This document shows positions 60,632 through 64,000 of a stretch of 64,000 bases of DNA, piece by piece. The position numbers and the translations under genes are program-made. Source of the stretch: Gammaproteobacteria bacterium (GTDB taxonomy: Bacteria; Pseudomonadota; Gammaproteobacteria; Eutrophobiales; Eutrophobiaceae); NCBI GenBank assembly GCA_965222155.1, contig CBDCTH010000012.1, forward strand, positions 1,024,001-1,088,000, in the 5' to 3' direction. Below the pieces are notes generated by a model that worked only from the letters and a program-made list of their open reading frames with translations, was not told the origin of the DNA and did not search any database. Each line of letters opens with the position of its first letter. The stretch's first letter is position 1.

Positions 60632-60675
60632 CATGCGCCTGCTCACCACGAATCACTTTAAAAAGGATATCATAT
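60632..60675 (+). pseudogene. YafQ/RelE toxin N-terminal stub
   Basis: MRLLTTNHFKKDI then homology is lost. Confidence 0.55.
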
Positions 60676-60725
60676 GTGCAGAATTCAACGTTACCTTGTT
60701 CAGAAAAAGCACAGGGCAGGTAGCG

Positions 60726-60800
60726 TCAGACACTTAAGCTTGAGGTCACAGTCTGTGACCTCAAGTGGTCAAATTTTTCCTTGTCGAACCAGTTAGGGAT
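60726..60800 (-). pseudogene. ORF6N-domain fragment
   Basis: EKFDHLRSQTVTSS, encoded by palindrome 60739-60765. Confidence 0.45.
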
Positions 60801-61060
60801 ATTTGAGTTTTTTTGAAGAATGTAGAAGCTCAATCCATGAGGCCATTATCACTTCATTTTATACGATAACAAATTTGTGCGTTGTGAGAGGATGTTCCGG
60901 GTTGGGCGGCAGGTATTGTATTTCTTCTTCCTCCGCTTTTGGCGTAGGTAATTCGTAGAGACCGCTAACTTCGATATATTGCTGGTATTGCTTTTTAACC
61001 TGTTCCAGAGTTTCCAGGTAATCGTCTAAAGCTGTTCTTTTCAGTCACTACAATCAAATC

Positions 61061-62011
61061 CTAATCAAATTTTATTTCTGTTGAAACGTCTGCAATGTTC
61101 TTGTGGTGTTCTTTACGCAGGGCCTGTTTCCACGCGCGATGCTGTGCCTGCTTATATTGCCATTCCCGGTATTGGCGATTGGCCTCGTCTGCCGCTAACA
61201 GGAGTGTTTCGCGATGATACTTCTTGACTTCATCAATGGTTGTTCCAGCCAGAATCACAGTGGCATTATTAATACTTGCGATTCCAGGACGATGCATACT
61301 AGTCCACTGGGGAGGGTGGTTCCAACTGGCGATGAACAGACTCTCCCATTCCGCAGGTGGCTGGCGAGAAAGGGCGAAGGGAATAGTGTACAGAGCACTT
61401 CCAGGGGTACCGTCGTTACGCGGTTCCGTAATATCTTCCACGATTACGTGCGTAATTTTGATGTCCTCAAAGTCTGGACTCCGATTAGTGTTGCGATGCG
61501 CTACTTTTGGTTGTTGGGTCGTGTTGGGATTGACTGTTGCCATCGGCTCTCCAATTGGCGGCGCGGTCTCGCGGCTACCTAGTAATGTACAAAGTAGGTC
61601 ATCATAATCCTGTTTACGATAGGGGTTAGTAGAAAGATCAATGTAGTATTTCCCAGCAAGCCAAGATGGTGCGGCCTCGTCCCAATCGCCGCTTCGTAAT
61701 ACTGGAATAAACTTCCGATTGTTCTGCTTGGTCATGACTTCTGCAGTCATAATGTCCCCCTCGTAGCCTACACCACCCAGGCGTTCGTCTGAGCGGCTCT
61801 TATAGCGAGGTGTGCAGATTATGACAATGAACCAGTTGTCGCGAATAGCTCGCTCCATAAAGGCGGGTAGCTGATCTCCAGGGGCCGTGTGCCATCTATC
61901 GAGAGTGACGTTGACACCGTCTTTGCGAAGACGCCCAGCAAGCGAGCGGACCCACTCTTTGTGAATCTCATTGTCCCATGAGTAAGAAATGAATGTCGGT
62001 GGAGAAGTCAT
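61061..62011 (-). CDS. TIR/SEFIR-domain protein with uncharacterised C-terminal domain
   Basis: FISYSWD..HKEWV..LA..L...G..V.LD.W...PGD.L..FME...ICTP.Y.....GGVGYE. Confidence 0.88.
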   Translation of the reverse strand: MTSPPTFISYSWDNEIHKEWVRSLAGRLRKDGVNVTLDRWHTAPGDQLPAFMERAIRDNWFIVIICTPRYKSRSDERLGGVGYEGDIMTAEVMTKQNNRKFIPVLRSGDWDEAAPSWLAGKYYIDLSTNPYRKQDYDDLLCTLLGSRETAPPIGEPMATVNPNTTQQPKVAHRNTNRSPDFEDIKITHVIVEDITEPRNDGTPGSALYTIPFALSRQPPAEWESLFIASWNHPPQWTSMHRPGIASINNATVILAGTTIDEVKKYHRETLLLAADEANRQYREWQYKQAQHRAWKQALRKEHHKNIADVSTEIKFD

Positions 62012-62014
62012 AAT

Positions 62015-62986
62015 TCAATCATTCTTTATCGAGTCTTCGTTACAGTCCTCTACCGAGGTATCTGCAGAACTCTCGCAAAGTGGAGTGTCAAGCGTATTTT
62101 CTTGGCGATTATCACCCTCATGTCCGTGTATATCATTTAATGTCGTAAAATTATCTGAACCATCTGCCTGAATGGCGTATTGGAATCGGACTTCGTCCTT
62201 GTTATCACCTCGTGTATCATCCTTGATTTCAATCACATGCACGGCAGCATAGAAGCCTTTTACATTCCGCAATACGAATGTTTCCCCGCATTGGGGAGTC
62301 CGGACATGCGACGAATAGTCCAACGACTCAGCATTCGATATCTGTACGATGGACGTACATCCTTTGGCTAACGCGACACCGTTAATCAAAAGAGGGTCAT
62401 TGTAAACATGGATGCTTTTGTCACTCGCCTTACTCCATTTCGTTTCAAATTCAAGCTCTCCATGACCGATAACGTAGCGGCCATTATGATTACTGTAATC
62501 GAATACTGCCTCGCCAGATAGTGACGTCATTCGCGGGGGTGGCAGATCCGACGCCTTACCCTCAAAATGCTTGACTCCAAGCTTTTCGGCGATCATTGCT
62601 GCAAGTGTCGCAGGCTGATGATCACAGGCCCATTCGTACTTGATGGAGGTCGGCAAACCTGGGACGGACGTTTCGTCAAAGCGTACTGGCAGAATATACT
62701 CTTCTTTCTGTTGGATTGCTCGACTTAAACTTGATTGTCTTTCATGACTTGGCCAAGCCTTTTTAACGTACTCCTCGGAAATGAACATTACGACATAAGC
62801 AGCCCTGTTTTCGAATACGTCATGTAATTCTTCTACGAGGTTTTTTCCCCAGAGTTGGATGGTCTCGAATTCGTCGTAGAATACGGAGATTTTTTGGCTC
62901 TGAAGTGCCAGCGCCACATCTTCAACATATTTACGCTGTTCGCCAGCGAAGGATAGTGCTACTTCATATTTTATGTTTTCTTTCAT
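62015..62986 (-). CDS. TIR-domain protein with uncharacterised C-terminal beta-rich domain
   Basis: YEVALSFAGEQR.YV, VFYD, LWGKNL, FIS.EY..K.W..HE (catalytic Glu position), ILPVRFD. Confidence 0.9.
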   Translation of the reverse strand: MKENIKYEVALSFAGEQRKYVEDVALALQSQKISVFYDEFETIQLWGKNLVEELHDVFENRAAYVVMFISEEYVKKAWPSHERQSSLSRAIQQKEEYILPVRFDETSVPGLPTSIKYEWACDHQPATLAAMIAEKLGVKHFEGKASDLPPPRMTSLSGEAVFDYSNHNGRYVIGHGELEFETKWSKASDKSIHVYNDPLLINGVALAKGCTSIVQISNAESLDYSSHVRTPQCGETFVLRNVKGFYAAVHVIEIKDDTRGDNKDEVRFQYAIQADGSDNFTTLNDIHGHEGDNRQENTLDTPLCESSADTSVEDCNEDSIKND

Positions 62987-63090
62987 CAATCAATTCTCCT
63001 TACGTTTTTTCCCTCCCGATCAATGCAGTCGTCACCCGTATTTTCTTCAGTTAATTCACGGTTAGCGGTGATGTGTGGGTATCAATCTTA

Positions 63091-64000
63091 TCAATGAGCT
63101 AAATACGGTCTGACATCTGCCTTCCTCATTGGTCTTTCCTTAACCTCAAAGTTAATTTCGAGAATGCACGGGACAGGCTCCGGTACGTTGTCGCCCCGTA
63201 GCTCTCCTTCCAGTTTTGTGATCCCACCCCTTGATCCAATGAGAAGTGCGCTGGTCGTCCAAACTTCGTCGCGAGGTCTAATATCGCCGAAGTCGATAGT
63301 AATCTTCCACCCGTCAGTAAATTCTTGGACATAGGGATCGGGATTGCTCTGAAGTTGTTGTGCAAGCGGGACGATATCTGAATACGCTCCTTCCATACTA
63401 TTACGATATGGACGCGTTGGTCGATTAGTCCGATCTAGGAGAAAAATAGTATTGTCTTTGGTAACTGAGCCGATGAAACGAATACGTTTTCCGACTACCC
63501 CGCTGTGATTATATAGCCGTAGGTGAAAAGATTTGAGGAAAGCCATATCACGGGTATACCGAATAATCTCCTTAGAGTAGTTTTCATTATCAAGAGCAAG
63601 GCGCGGAAGAAAGACAGGGGAGGGGCGAGGAGACTCAAACGTGTCATCCGGGAGTAATGGGCAGAGAATCAAGGAGTTTACGGTGTGGGGGGAAAGAAGA
63701 GCAGTATGTCTTTCTACATCCGCCCACTCAAGAACGAATTGAGGCGTGTCGTCAAAATTCTGATCCGCACCCATTCGCGCAACCTCGTCCGGGGAGGCAA
63801 TCGCTGTCGAACTACCGTCCCTTTTGTAGACAACATTATTCTCAAGCTTACCAAACCGTTTTTTGAGGTAGATAGGGCGCTCCTGTATCGGTATCACAAT
63901 CACGCCAATTTCCACATCCCCTGTACGAAATGGTTGGTACGAGAACTCAATAGGTCGTTGGGTCTTCGCGTTTACAAATTGATGTAATTTAGCGTCGTCC
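63091..64000 (-). CDS. Schlafen/AlbA_2-domain protein, 5' end outside window
   Basis: Frame open to the window edge: DDAKLHQFVNAKTQRPIEFSY...IGVIVIP.QERPIYL...VYKRDGSST..ASPDE. Confidence 0.75.
   Translation of the reverse strand, partial: DDAKLHQFVNAKTQRPIEFSYQPFRTGDVEIGVIVIPIQERPIYLKKRFGKLENNVVYKRDGSSTAIASPDEVARMGADQNFDDTPQFVLEWADVERHTALLSPHTVNSLILCPLLPDDTFESPRPSPVFLPRLALDNENYSKEIIRYTRDMAFLKSFHLRLYNHSGVVGKRIRFIGSVTKDNTIFLLDRTNRPTRPYRNSMEGAYSDIVPLAQQLQSNPDPYVQEFTDGWKITIDFGDIRPRDEVWTTSALLIGSRGGITKLEGELRGDNVPEPVPCILEINFEVKERPMRKADVRPYLAH

Noticed and set aside
60739-60765. Perfect hairpin as terminator or operator
   Set aside because: Encodes the LRSQTVTS ORF6N-type motif, which explains the palindrome; no adjacent U-tract
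61061-62986. Canonical Thoeris
   Set aside because: No ThsA effector (SIR2-SLOG or TM-macro) visible in the window; cannot be excluded upstream

Overview
Bacterial chromosomal window, probably a gammaproteobacterium. A host-associated marine lineage is suggested by the many TonB receptors, Rieske oxygenases, coiled-coil PD-(D/E)XK repeat proteins and TA modules, but this is inference. Three layers are interleaved. (1) Catabolic/uptake genes: three Rieske oxygenase alpha subunits, MFS/BCCT/TonB transporters, a homocysteine S-methyltransferase, dimethylglycine dehydrogenase plus soxBDAG, spermidine dehydrogenase plus an omega-aminotransferase, an iodotyrosine deiodinase, and an AraC-TonB-cupin-gloA-dke1 cluster that looks like a beta-diketone cleavage/methylglyoxal detoxification pathway. 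(2) Defence/TA genes: a single-chain Type IIG/ISP-like R-M enzyme, a solo integron attC site, about 8 TA loci (half lacking an intact toxin) and a Schlafen/AlbA-TIR-TIR(SEFIR) cluster at the right edge. (3) Extensive decay and small mobile DNA: IS remnants, a MITE between an RBS and its start codon, a REP/REPIN-like family whose ends carry tandem stutters, and a +28-bp palindromic micro-insertion seen three times with an empty-site control inside the window. No rRNA, tRNA or CRISPR array was found. All family assignments come from motif recognition by eye, without database searches.
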